From Thraustochytrium aureum (taxonomy: Eukaryota): 39,385 nucleotides of DNA. A program made the translations under genes and the position numbers. Below are positions 22,031 through 32,724 of the stretch, one piece after another; positions within the stretch are counted from its first letter, which is position 1; each line of letters starts with the position of its first letter. Location of the stretch: the NCBI GenBank assembly GCA_012862495.1, contig BLSG01000235.1, forward strand, positions 23,225-62,609, read 5' to 3'. The notes under the pieces are model-generated. The model ran no database searches. It saw nothing but the letters and a program-made list of their open reading frames with translations, and was not told the DNA's origin.

Positions 22031-24202
22031 ATGGCGCCGCAGCGGATGCCGCCAACCTCCGTCGCCTTCGTCGGGGCGTTTGCTAGCGGGACCAAGGCAG
22101 CCATCGAAGCTGCCGCACGCGCAAGCGGGTACCAAGTCCATGCCTGCGTGACGCAGTCGACGGGCCTACTCGTTATTGGCAGCGCGGGCGACACGTCCAG
22201 CAACGATGCAGCCAACCAAGCTTCCGCCAAAGCGCACCGTGTTCCCGTGCTCAGCGAAGAGGACTGGGCCGTTATCCTCAGCGACGAAACACCGCGCCAG
22301 CAGCTAGGTCGCCGCACGAGAGCGTCTCGGAGCACGACAGCCGCGCAGGTTGCGCCGCCCGCTGCAGCGGTCGGTGCGGCGCAACGGCGAGTCGCTCTCC
22401 CGCCCGGGGCCCGGGCAGTTGCCTTTGTGGCAACTTCACCTCACAAAGCAGCGCCCAGGTGCAAAGCAAGGCAGCCTGTCTCGGCTTTGTGGTCCACTCG
22501 GCCGTCTCGGACGAGGTGGANNNNNNNNNNNNNNNNNNNNNNNNNNNNNNNNNNNNNNNNNNNNNNNNNNNNNNNNNNNNNNNNNNNNNNNNNNNNNNNN
22601 NNNNNNNNNNNNNNNNNNNNNNNNNNNNNNNNNNNNNNNNNNNNNNNNNNNNNNNNNNNNNNNNNNNNNNNNNNNNNNNNNNNNNNNNNNNNNNNNNNNN
22701 NNNNNNNNNNNNNNNNNNNNNNNNNNNNNNNNNNNNNNNNNNNNNNNNNNNNNNNNNNNNNNNNNNNNNNNNNNNNNNNNNNNNNNNNNNNNNNNNNNNN
22801 NNNNNNNNNNNNNNNNNNNNNNNNNNNNNNNNNNNNNNNNNNNNNNNNNNNNGTTGGGCACGGTAATCGTGCTGAATGAGAGCGAGTGGGTTGCGGCGGT
22901 ATCTGGGCTTGCTGGCGCTGGTGCTGCTGCCCAGGCCGCTCGAGGCCACGCTGTGATTGAGGTCGAGGACGACGACGATGAAGGCGGAGACGTCGAAATG
23001 GCAGAGGTGTCCTCGGGCAGCACAGGCCGCGCTCTGGTGCCCCCCCAAGCGGTTCCTGTGAGCGCAACGAGCTCCAGTCCTGGGATTAACAGTGCTGGTG
23101 CTCCGGCGGCTGCTGGCCCCGTCGAGCCGCTGCTCCGGCTGAGTGACGGCGAGCAGGTGAACGTCCAGTCCGAGAGCAGCAGCTCCGTCTACCGGATCAA
23201 GCGCACGGGGGATCACTACTATTGCACCTGCCCAGCCTGGCGCAACCAGAACGCAGCAGTGGACCGTCGAACCTGCAAGCACCTCAAATCCAAGCTCGGC
23301 GAGGCCTTCGAGCGCGCGCGAGTCGGCGCTTCAGCAGCACCAAGTCCAAAGCGGGTGCGCAGCGCAGCCTCCTCCTCAGGCGGCTCGGTCCTGGCTGCGG
23401 GGCCGGAACCAAAGCGCGCAAAGCCTGCTCGCCCAGCGCTTCTGCTGGCCAGCTCGTGGGACGAGAGGAAAGACGTCACCGGATGGCTGCTCTCTGAAAA
23501 GCTGGACGGCGTTCGGGCCTTCTGGACTGGCACAGAGTTCCGCAGTCGACTCGGCAACGTGTTTCCCGCGAGCGACGAATTCAAGCGCGCGTTGCCAGCG
23601 ATCCCGCTCGACGGGGAGCTCTTCATGGGGCGCGGCAAATTTAACGAGACGGTCTCCATCGTCAAGACCACAGGGCACAATGGGTGGGCCAGTATACGCT
23701 ATCACGTTTTCGATGCGCCAGAGGCTGCTGGCACCTTTGAGGCCCGCCTCGACGCGGCAAGCGCGCCATCTCTGGCAGCTCGGTTGCCACGTTGGTTGCG
23801 CACGTCAAGGTCCGCGACAACGCGCACGCGCTGGCCGAGCGCGCTCGGGTGGTTGGGCTCGGTGGGGAGGGCGTCATGCTTCGCGAGCCCGGGTCCGCAT
23901 ACGTTGGACGCCGCTCGACCACGCTGCTGAAGAGTAAGACTTTTCAAGACGCGGAGGCCGTTGTAGAGGGCTACATTCCCGGCGCGGGTCGCCACGCGGG
24001 CCGTGTTGGTTCGCTTCAGTGCCGGCTCAAGTCTGGCGTCTCCTTTTGCGTTGGTTCAGGCCTCACAGACGCGCAGCGCGACGCGCCCCCAGCGGTTGGG
24101 GCGGTGATCACGTTTCGTTACCAAGAGCTCACGCCCTCCGGCACACCGCGCTTCCCCACGTTTATAGGCGAGGCGGTAGACAAGGCTGGCGCAACAATCT
24201 GA
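22031..24202 (+). CDS. Minimal ATP-dependent DNA ligase with N-terminal BRCT domain(s) and SWIM-type zinc finger; spans a gap, frameshift near 23770
   Basis: Motif I SEKLDGVRAFW, III LDGELF, IIIa HVFDAP, IV GGEGVMLR, V LLKSK, OB fold VGSGLTD...ITFRYQELT..GTPRFP. BRCT-like VAFVG...VTQSTGLLVIG...AKAHRVPVLSEEDW. SWIM-like YYCTCPAWRNQ...TCKHL. Confidence 0.92.
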
Positions 24203-24233
24203 AGTGATTGGACTTGCGCGGACCGTGGGCCGT

Positions 24234-24257
24234 CATCATCATCATCATCATCATCAT
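24234..24257. repeat. (CAT)8 microsatellite
   Basis: Eight perfect CAT units 3' of the ligase. Confidence 0.9.
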
Positions 24258-24458
24258 CTAGTACTCTATGTAGTCCCCAGACCACAACTTACTTTTTTTC
24301 GGTGTGTTCGAGCGTCAACGCTCCCAAGGCCGCCACGGCTGCAGAGCAGAGGGCGGGCCGCAGCGACAGGCACGGCGCACGCTCGCTCGCACGCACGGTC
24401 GAGTCAGCCCTCGCTCCGTGGCTCGAGCTGCGGGGCGGGCGGACGCACGCCGCCAGCA

Positions 24459-25139
24459 ATGGCTGCTACCTCGAAGACCATCGTTTTGGACGGCAAGACT
24501 CTCCTCCTCGAGAGGCAGCCCCGCCAGGAGGCCGACGGCCATGTGGCAAAGCGGCCGCGAACGGGGTCCGATGCGGAGATAGTGTGGGTCCGGCAGGCGC
24601 TCGCGGACGGCAGCCGCGGCCCGGTTGTGGGCCGCGCCTCTGGGGACCTCGACCAGGACCCGCCGAGCCTGGAAGTGGACGTCTACGGGTTTGGAGGCCC
24701 CTATGCCGACGAGCTGCTCGAGTCCGTTGCGCTGGAGACCCACAAGGAACTCATCGGCACGGTCCCGGAAGCGGCGCTCGCAGCTCTAGAGCAAGGGCCC
24801 CGGGCGTCTGGCCGCACGCCGTGCCGATTGGGACGTGCGCAAAATCAGGGACGCGGTCCGGCGCTTGCCAGAGCCTACCTTGTCGAGGCAAAACCACGGA
24901 CAGGACCCTACCATTCGGACGGACAAGGTGGCGTTCGTAAACCTTCCTCGGCGCGCCGCTCCAGGGCGCGATTCGGCCGACACTGTCCGCGAGTGCGACG
25001 AGGCAGACGACCTCGATGACCTCGACCTTGCCGACCTGTACGCTGGATTTGATCTGCTCGAAGCCGTTGCAGAAGCAGTGCACAAAGCTGGCAAGTCTGG
25101 CTGCAGCACACTGCTACGGCCACCCCATGGAATGGTCGC
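24459..25139 (+). CDS. Probable 2OG-Fe(II) oxygenase (EGLN/PHD-like), 3' part in gap, frameshift near 24800-24835
   Basis: ATG at 24459. IRTDKVAFV and GMVA, immediately before the gap, align by eye with EGLN IRGDKITWI and AMVACYPG. The HxD...H residues are not visible. Confidence 0.55.
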
Positions 25140-26229
25140 NNNNNNNNNNNNNNNNNNNNNNNNNNNNNNNNNNNNNNNNNNNNNNNNNNNNNNNNNNNNN
25201 NNNNNNNNNNNNNNNNNNNNNNNNNNNNNNNNNNNNNNNNNNNNNNNNNNNNNNNNNNNNNNNNNNNNNNNNNNNNNNNNNNNNNNNNNNNNNNNNNNNN
25301 NNNNNNNNNNNNNNNNNNNNNNNNNNNNNNNNNNNNNNNNNNNNNNNNNNNNNNNNNNNNNNNNNNNNNNNNNNNNNNNNNNNNNNNNNNNNNNNNNNNN
25401 NNNNNNNNNNNNNNNNNNNNNNNNNNNNNNNNNNNNNNNNNNNNNNNNNNNNNNNNNNNNNNNNNNNNNNNNNNNNNNNNNNNNNNNNNNNNNNNNNNNN
25501 NNNNNNNNNNNNNNNNNNNNNNNNNNNNNNNNNNNNNNNNNNNNNNNNNNNNNNNNNNNNNNNNNNNNNNNNNNNNNNNNNNNNNNNNNNNNNNNNNNNN
25601 NNNNNNNNNNNNNNNNNNNNNNNNNNNNNNNNNNNNNNNNNNNNNNNNNNNNNNNNNNNNNNNNNNNNNNNNNNNNNNNNNNNNNNNNNNNNNNNNNNNN
25701 NNNNNNNNNNNNNNNNNNNNNNNNNNNNNNNNNNNNNNNNNNNNNNNNNNNNNNNNNNNNNNNNNNNNNNNNNNNNNNNNNNNNNNNNNNNNNNNNNNNN
25801 NNNNNNNNNNNNNNNNNNNNNNNNNNNNNNNNNNNNNNNNNNNNNNNNNNNNNNNNNNNNNNNNNNNNNNNNNNNNNNNNNNNNNNNNNGTTGGGCGCTC
25901 TATTCTTTTTCTTGACTGAAGACACAGTCCACCGTCGTGAGTCGTGGCGTCCGGACAACTCATGATGATCTCTGCCGGTGACAACAATGTCGTTGTACGA
26001 CATCATGATCAGAGTACTCGGGGAGATTCCAACACCTCCATCAAGGGATCCTCTCGCACGATGCGCGCCACTGCTGTTCATGCGAGTGTGCACCTCGCAG
26101 CGCGAGTCCTCGCAATACCGGACGCGGCGTGCATAAATAAAAGTACTGTGATTCTGCCGCTTTGTCGGGTGTGGAAAGTGCCGAGCTCAACCCGCCCCTG
26201 CGCGTTCTTCGGGCATCAGCCTGATTACG

Positions 26230-26510
26230 ACGCGGAGGCCCTCGTGGCAGGTGGGGCTGACCCCGACAAATGATGCACTCGTCACTGCCTGCAGCGGCTC
26301 GCTCCGCTGTTGCCACGTTTCGGAGCATGTGCCTGAGGCCAACGTGTGAAGGCAAGCAAGCTGCTGCTGCCATTCATCACGCGAGAGCCTCATCATGATC
26401 GCGGTCAAGTGCAGGCGCACTTTGATGAGACTGTGCAGGGCCTGTGACTGGCCGCATCTTCCTTGCATGTCGTACCTCACCTCGCTCACCACCAGCCCCG
26501 ACTGGTGCTG
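26230..26510 (+). pseudogene. Possible degraded ankyrin-repeat fragment
   Basis: EALVAGGADP, ALVTACSG and LCRACDWPHLPCMSYL, interrupted by a frameshift and stops. Confidence 0.25.
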
Positions 26511-26652
26511 AAATGCCAAGCAGGGCCAGCCCAAAAGCACCCAGCAGACCTCCTACGGCCTCTGGGGCCGCCTGCGTCAGCCACGCCGCGCTGCACGTGC
26601 GCTCGAAGCAAGCCGCCCTCCAAGCCCAGGACTGTTGCGAACCACCGGCATA

Positions 26653-27822
26653 ATGAATATGAGCTGCGTCGACTCCGATTTGCAGTGCCCGCGCAACCTC
26701 GTCTGCTACGAAGACCCAGTTTGGCTTGAGGGCGTCAAGGCCATCTGCACCTGCTCGCACTGGTACGGATGGGCAGGCGCAAACTGCACCGCGCTTAGCA
26801 CTCCAGCCTATGTCCTGGCGAGCTCGGCAGGGCTCCAATTGTTGCTCGCATGCGGACTCTTTCTTCTTGGTGCGGCCGCCCTGTGGCGCTACTTTGCCCT
26901 GCACGGGCTCCAGCGCAACGCGCAGAGCACATCGCTGGTTTTCTGCGTCATCGCTCTGATCAGCATTGCGATGTGGCGCCTGAGCATCATCCTGATCGTC
27001 TTCAGCCCCGAACGCAACGTGCTCGAGGCCCAAGCCAACGACGAGGACAAAATCCACGAGCTTGTGCCGCTCGAGCGAGCCGCAATCGTAGCCTCGCTCA
27101 CGTTCTCCACGCTCGCCTCTCTGCAAGTGTCTTTGGTCTGGGTCCAGGTGGCAAGGCAGTCCAAGCGGATGACGCCGACCATCACGAAGGGGCTAGTCGT
27201 GTACAGCCGCGCCGTCTACGCATTTGAGGCGGCTTGGATTTTGGGATTGGTGGCCATGGTCGCGACTGGAGAAACGGCTCTGATCGCTTTCTTCTCCGTC
27301 CCGTTTCTGGCAATCATTTTGCTGACATACCTGATCGGGACATGGCGCATGGGCCACCTTTTGCGCAGTGTCGCTGGGAGCGCTGGCCAGGCCAGTGAGG
27401 AAGCGGCTGGGCGTTACGCGAAGCTCTTGGACCGGATCCAGCGCACCGCACTCGGCGTGGTTGGCGGGATTGCCTTTTCGCTCGTTGGCGGCCTCATCTA
27501 CGCATATTTTACGACTTTCGCCGAAGGCGGCCAGCGCGCCAGCCTTCAGCCAGACAGGTCCGTCCACTCTATCGTGATCTTCAACGAAATGGTCCCGGCT
27601 GGCGTCCTACTCTCGCTCGCCTCGGTCAATATCTATCTCGTCCGCAACATTCGCCGCCACAGCGCAACCTTGACCGAGTCGCGGTCGCAAACCGGAGGTT
27701 CCTCCGCAGTTGTCGCCGCGCCAAGATCGAGGCAGCCGCAGCCGAGCTCGTTCACGGCAGGTTCCGTCACTGAAATGGACAGCTGGGCCGACCGGACCCA
27801 TCCGCCCGACTACAAGCTCTGA
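26653..27822 (+). CDS. Orphan 7TM (GPCR-like) protein with N-terminal EGF-like Cys motif
   Basis: C..C..C..CTC...GWAGANC followed by seven hydrophobic segments and a Ser/Thr-rich tail; ATG at 26653. Confidence 0.8.
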   Translation: MNMSCVDSDLQCPRNLVCYEDPVWLEGVKAICTCSHWYGWAGANCTALSTPAYVLASSAGLQLLLACGLFLLGAAALWRYFALHGLQRNAQSTSLVFCVIALISIAMWRLSIILIVFSPERNVLEAQANDEDKIHELVPLERAAIVASLTFSTLASLQVSLVWVQVARQSKRMTPTITKGLVVYSRAVYAFEAAWILGLVAMVATGETALIAFFSVPFLAIILLTYLIGTWRMGHLLRSVAGSAGQASEEAAGRYAKLLDRIQRTALGVVGGIAFSLVGGLIYAYFTTFAEGGQRASLQPDRSVHSIVIFNEMVPAGVLLSLASVNIYLVRNIRRHSATLTESRSQTGGSSAVVAAPRSRQPQPSSFTAGSVTEMDSWADRTHPPDYKL

Positions 27823-28576
27823 AGGCACACAACCCCAGCCGAACGGGCTCAGCCTGAGCGAAGTGAAAGACCGTCGCGCGGCCGCGCCAGCGCCGCTCGT
27901 TGCAGGANNNNNNNNNNNNNNNNNNNNNNNNNNNNNNNNNNNNNNNNNNNNNNNNNNNNNNNNNNNNNNNNNNNNNNNNNNNNNNNNNNNNNNNNNNNNN
28001 NNNNNNNNNNNNNNNNNNNNNNNNNNNNNNNNNNNNNNNNNNNNNNNNNNNNNNNNNNNNNNNNNNNNNNNNNNNNNNNNNNNNNNNNNNNNNNNNNNNN
28101 NNNNNNNNNNNNNNNNNNNNNNNNNNNNNNNNNNNNNNNNNNNNNNNNNNNNNNNNNNNNNNNNNNNNNNNNNNNNNNNNNNNNNNNNNNNNNNNNNNNN
28201 NNNNNNNNNNNNNNNNNNNNNNNNNNNNNNNNNNNNNNNNNNNNNNNNNNNNNNCCGGCGTTTGCTGTGGAGCTCTGGCACGGAGATGAATCTGGTTGTC
28301 CTGCCCCCAGGGGCGCTGCACTGCTGCTCGTGCGGCAGCCCGGTGCAGCAGCCAAATGTGGACTAATCAAGTATGATAATTATGTGCGTTGGTTCTACGC
28401 TGACATGAGTTCTCGGGTAGCGCGAAGAAGCACTTGCGAGTACTCTGCTACGTAAGGAGCAACTCAGAATCGCGCGAGCACCTCAGAGAAGCGGCAGCAC
28501 CACGGCCACATCGCGCCGCTCTCGGTCCGCGCACGCAGCTCCTCTGCACGAGAACCAGGCCGCGGCCAGCCAAGAG

Positions 28577-29884
28577 CTAGGCATTGCGAACAGCAAACGC
28601 AGATCGCGCGATGATGGTCCCAAAGACCACACCAGCAAAAAAAACCACCAGCATCAGAACGCCGAGGTTGAAGGGGAAATCAGACCGAAATGCGATCGTT
28701 AGCACGACCAGCACGCCGTACACGCCCTCAAATCCCATGGCAGGCTCCACGTTGCCAATCTTGGAGCCCCCCCACTTGCGAGTAAAGTCAATGCGCACAA
28801 GGACGATGCCGATGATCGTCATCAGCATGACGGCGATCCAGAATAGCTTCTCCACAACGGTATGCGTCTGCTTGGCCTCAATTGCCAGCATTACTGCGCG
28901 GTCCACTTCCGCGGCCGACAGGTTGGCGGCCGAGCGTGGAAGCTTGGCAGACTCCTCGGACTCGAACGACCGATGGCTAGCGCTTCCAAAGCGGCCTTTG
29001 TGTTTGTGGCGCTTCGAGCGCCCGTGGTGCGTCCGAGAGTGCCGCCCTGCGTACTGGTCGGGCTCTTCCTCAATACTTGGCCGGTCAAACTCGTCATGGT
29101 CGTGGATGTCCGCGTCCTCGTCCTCGTCGTAGGCCACACCCCGTCGCCCACCAGCGCCCGCTGTCCCGCCGCGAGGGTCGGCGAGTCCCTGCGGTGCGTC
29201 TCGCCTTGAATCAAACCCCTCGTCTGGATCGTAAATACCATCTGCGTTGAACTGGCTGTCTCGCATACCTCCTGGGCCGCCTCCCGGCCGAGTGCGCTGC
29301 TGTTGGGGATCGCGCTGCCGCTCTCGGAGGAGCTGTTGCGCAGCCGGGCTAGCGGCGCGCGCAAAGGGCGCACGGTCGTCCAGGGCAGTCGGATCGGTAC
29401 TCCACTCCCCCGCCTGGCCATCGTCGAGACCTGCGCCTTGGCTCCAGCGCTTGTAGGCCCGCCCGAAGGGAAAGAGCCTGTACCAGACGGGCTTTAGCAG
29501 GCCTGCGACCCCGCGTGTAAAGTCCTCCACGCCAAACACCTGCCGCCCCAGCGCAGCGCGCTGCGCAAAGTCGATCGGGCGCGCCACGAACCGGATGAAA
29601 AGGTACAAAGCGCCCTTGCAGACTATCCGGAAAGGCAGAGTCCACAGGAACCAACAAAACAAGATCCCTTTCCCGATCAGCGCTACGCCCTGCTCCACCA
29701 CCAAGAGGGCGGCCTCCTGAAGTCCTTCGTCACCGACGCGGCCGCCAGGCTGCTTAGTCGCTTGCATGGGCTGCACCGGCGGCGCCAGGCCTCTTGGACC
29801 GCTCAGCGGTTGTCCCAGGGGAGGGCCGCGTTGTAGATACTCTTCGTCGGCGCCGTACTCGGGCCTTCGCTGTCCCCGTCGCAT
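28577..29884 (-). CDS. Hypothetical membrane protein with disordered middle and three C-terminal TM helices
   Basis: First true ATG (MRRGQRR) at 29884 in ORF 28577-30181. Hydrophobic segments near the N-terminus and at the C-terminus, with an acidic/His-rich linker. Confidence 0.7.
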   Translation of the reverse strand: MRRGQRRPEYGADEEYLQRGPPLGQPLSGPRGLAPPVQPMQATKQPGGRVGDEGLQEAALLVVEQGVALIGKGILFCWFLWTLPFRIVCKGALYLFIRFVARPIDFAQRAALGRQVFGVEDFTRGVAGLLKPVWYRLFPFGRAYKRWSQGAGLDDGQAGEWSTDPTALDDRAPFARAASPAAQQLLRERQRDPQQQRTRPGGGPGGMRDSQFNADGIYDPDEGFDSRRDAPQGLADPRGGTAGAGGRRGVAYDEDEDADIHDHDEFDRPSIEEEPDQYAGRHSRTHHGRSKRHKHKGRFGSASHRSFESEESAKLPRSAANLSAAEVDRAVMLAIEAKQTHTVVEKLFWIAVMLMTIIGIVLVRIDFTRKWGGSKIGNVEPAMGFEGVYGVLVVLTIAFRSDFPFNLGVLMLVVFFAGVVFGTIIARSAFAVRNA

Positions 29885-30017
29885 GATCTGCGCGTGGCTC
29901 TTGCGCTCGACGCAACACCGCTTACGACTGCTAGGCCGGGCACAGCCCGCCCGCGTCTCCTCTTCTCCGGGAGAGCCCCGTCCTCTTCGGGCTCCGAGCC
30001 GCGAGCAGGTCGGCTCT

Positions 30018-30324
30018 GCTGCCGCTGCTGCAAACGCAACAGCTGCAGCTGCGAGTGCTACAGCTGCGAGTGCTACAGCTGCGAGTACTGCTGCAAATGC
30101 TGCTGCTGCGAGCGCTGCGGGCGCTGATGCCGCGAGTGCTGCAGCTGCTGCTGCGAGCAGTGACACCGCGAATGCCGCCAATGCCGCGAATGCTGCGAGC
30201 GCTACAGCTGCGAGCGCTACAGCTGCGAGTACTGCTGCAAATGCTGCTGCGAATGCTGCTGCTGCGAGCGCTGCGGGCGCTGATGCCGCGAGTGCTGCAG
30301 CTTCAAATGCAGCGGCTGCAGCTG
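30018..30324. repeat. GCT-rich nested repeat (9/12/15-bp units plus an internal duplication of about 75-87 bp)
   Basis: GCTACAGCTGCGAGT units. The block GCTACAGCTGCGAGTACTGCTGCAAATGCT...GGCGCTGATGCCGCGAGTGCTGCAGCT occurs near 30072 and 30216. Confidence 0.88.
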
Positions 30325-30748
30325 GTCCAGGCAGTCAGTCCTCCGCCGCGGCTTCTGCTGCCAAGCGTCGGAGCGAGCAGCTTCACGGAACAGCAGAACA
30401 ACACCTCCGGCAGGAGAAGAACGAGCTGTTCTTGAGCCTGGAGATCCGTTGGCGCTTGCGGACTTCGCACGGGATGCGCTGTCTCTGGAGCTGGGGCCGT
30501 GCGCCCGCTGGTTGGCCTTCCCTGCTTGCTTGGGCTGTCTCGCTGTTTGTTCGCTTGGTTGTCCGGTTGGTTGCCCGCTTGCCCGCCATTGTTGTTCGCT
30601 TTGGTTGGCGTTTTCGCTGCTTTCAACGACACCCCGTGAAGAGCACCTGCTCGCGCGCCAAACACCGAGTCGGAATTCGGCGTGGGGGAGGCCGCTGGAC
30701 ACCAGGCCGCCTGGAGACCGCCCGGCGCTTGCGCGGCGCCCTGCGGGA

Positions 30749-32724
30749 ATGGCGACCCAGCGGCGCGCAAGCGGACCCGCCGTTCTGGTGCTCGCGGGAC
30801 TCGCGGCACTCCTCGGCCAGGCGAGCGCCGAGCTGGTGGTTTTGGAGCCACAAGACCTTCGCCCGCTGCAGATTGACCTCGTTGCCGCAAAGTACGCGGC
30901 GATGGGCACGCAAGTCTACAACGGGACACTCGAGCTCGCACTCTTCACTCTGGAGGACGCAGACCGATTTTGCCAAGGACGTAGCCAAGCCGAACTGGAG
31001 CAACACGAAAACGTGGCCAAAATGCGAGCCGCCTTCCAAGGAAAGGCGATCATTCTCGACCGGGAGACAGTGGGGGATCCGGCGTTCTTCAGGACATGCT
31101 TTGGGGACTCGTCGCAGTTCCGGGACGTGGGCTACATCGCTTCATGGTGCAATATTTCCAGCTTCGTAATCATTGTGGAGCCATACTTGCCTGGGCTTTT
31201 CTACAACGACCACGACGGAAACATGTTCCAAAGCATCACAGAAGCGCACCCGCAGCTTGAGAACTGCTCAGTTCTTGAGGTTCAAAGCAACCAAGTATTT
31301 CAGCACCTTGTCGGGGCTCTAGAGGCTCTCAGGGAAGGGGAGGTGCCCGTCGCCTTCATTTCGATTGACGAGTCCCCGTGTCGGGCTATTTTCAGCTCGG
31401 TAGGTGTGCAATTCGTATATCGTGCCATCCTTGCCGGCTTGTACCTCTGGGTGTCGCTCCAAAGCTTCTGGCTCCTCTTCACACAATCCACGCGGTACTT
31501 CCACAACCGAGTTGTCAACACAATTGTGCTCAGCGTCAGCTTCGTGACTATGGGCGCCTTGGGGGTCAACTTTTTCAACGGGGGCTTCCGCTGTACGTTT
31601 TTACCCGCGCCGCAAGGCCGCAGCCGCTCTTGCGGCATTTTGGGTTGCTTGCTCATCATGCAACTTCTAAAAGCGCGGTTATGGCGCGGTCTTCCTGACT
31701 CTGGCCTCGCCTCTCTGCTGGATCGCGCAGTGACCAAAGCCGTGTCCATGGACATCTCCAACTTTCTTACACCGGCTTTTCAGGGCACAACCGCGGCAGC
31801 AGAGTAAGTCCCGCAATTTCTCGGAGAGGAACTGGATGTTGATTGCGCGTTGTGGTGGCTCTCTTTCAATTGAAAGCGAGGCGCCCGTGTTGTTGACGCG
31901 CGCTAACCTGGCGGCTGCCGTCCATTCACCGATCCCTACAGCTTTCTGTAAGTTTGCCCAACGTATTCACCTGCCATGGGGAATCTCCGTTTAATCAAGA
32001 AGCGCGCCACTCTAACTCGGGTCGCACGCCGCGCAGGATCGCCACTCGCTGGAACGAAATGAAGAGGAGCGGATACCTTCGCGCCGCTCGCTCACCGGTT
32101 GACGCGGCGGCGGCGCGGCGCCAAAGTACTCGATATGTCCGAGCCATCCTCATCGCATGCACGCTGATTGTTTTGGACTGGGCTAGTGCCGTTGGCTTGG
32201 TGTTTCGGGGGGAGAGCACCAAGGTCCTCCTCGGGGTGGCCATGCCGGCCACGTTTTTCGTGCTGCAATTGATCGTCGTGTCGTACCTGGCTTCGCAAGT
32301 CTTTGCGATGGTGCGCATCCTCCACAGCGTGCAGCATAGCCTGCGCCGCCGCGCGTCCTTCAAGCACCACAGTGCGGCGATAACCGAACGCCTTCGCGCT
32401 CAGAGGAGCTTTGTGCGGCCCCTTCGGTATTGGATTACTGTTTCGGTTGTCGGGGCGTTCCTGAACCTTTCAACGCTAGCCGTGGTTGCCCTCAGTCGTG
32501 CCTTGTACAACTCTTGCGAAGGCTGGCTCGGCCTCTGGGCTTGTGCGTTCATTGGCAAGTTTTTGAACGTACTGGCTCAAGTCAAGGTCTGCAGCCTCGG
32601 CTCGATATCAACTCGTGCACAAAGTGGTTCCAGCCGGATGTTTTCCCACTTGATCAATCCAAAGCAGGCTTCGCACCAAGTCCAACCCGCACCGGCCACG
32701 GTTCAGGAGAAACAAGCGTTGTAG
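30749..32724 (+). CDS. Signal peptide + extracellular (possibly PA-like) domain + 7TM receptor-like protein; predicted exons 30749-31592, 31731-31803, 31942-31947, 32037-32724 (536 aa)
   Basis: Donors GTACGT (31593), GTAAGT (31804) and GTAAGT (31948); branch-like CTGAC/CTAAC motifs; CAG acceptors at 31730, 31941 and 32036. Spliced length 1611 nt is in frame and gives seven TM segments. Confidence 0.8.

Noticed and set aside
24204..24458. Poly-His N-terminus of ORF 24204-25019
   Set aside because: Derives from a (CAT)8 microsatellite with a non-ATG start; the real start is likely 24459.
28255..28455. Possible gene 3' end after the gap
   Set aside because: Two short candidate frames, neither with a supporting motif.
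29885..30181. Ala-rich signal-like N-terminal extension of the 28577 gene
   Set aside because: TTG start with no in-frame ATG; generated by the GCT repeat.
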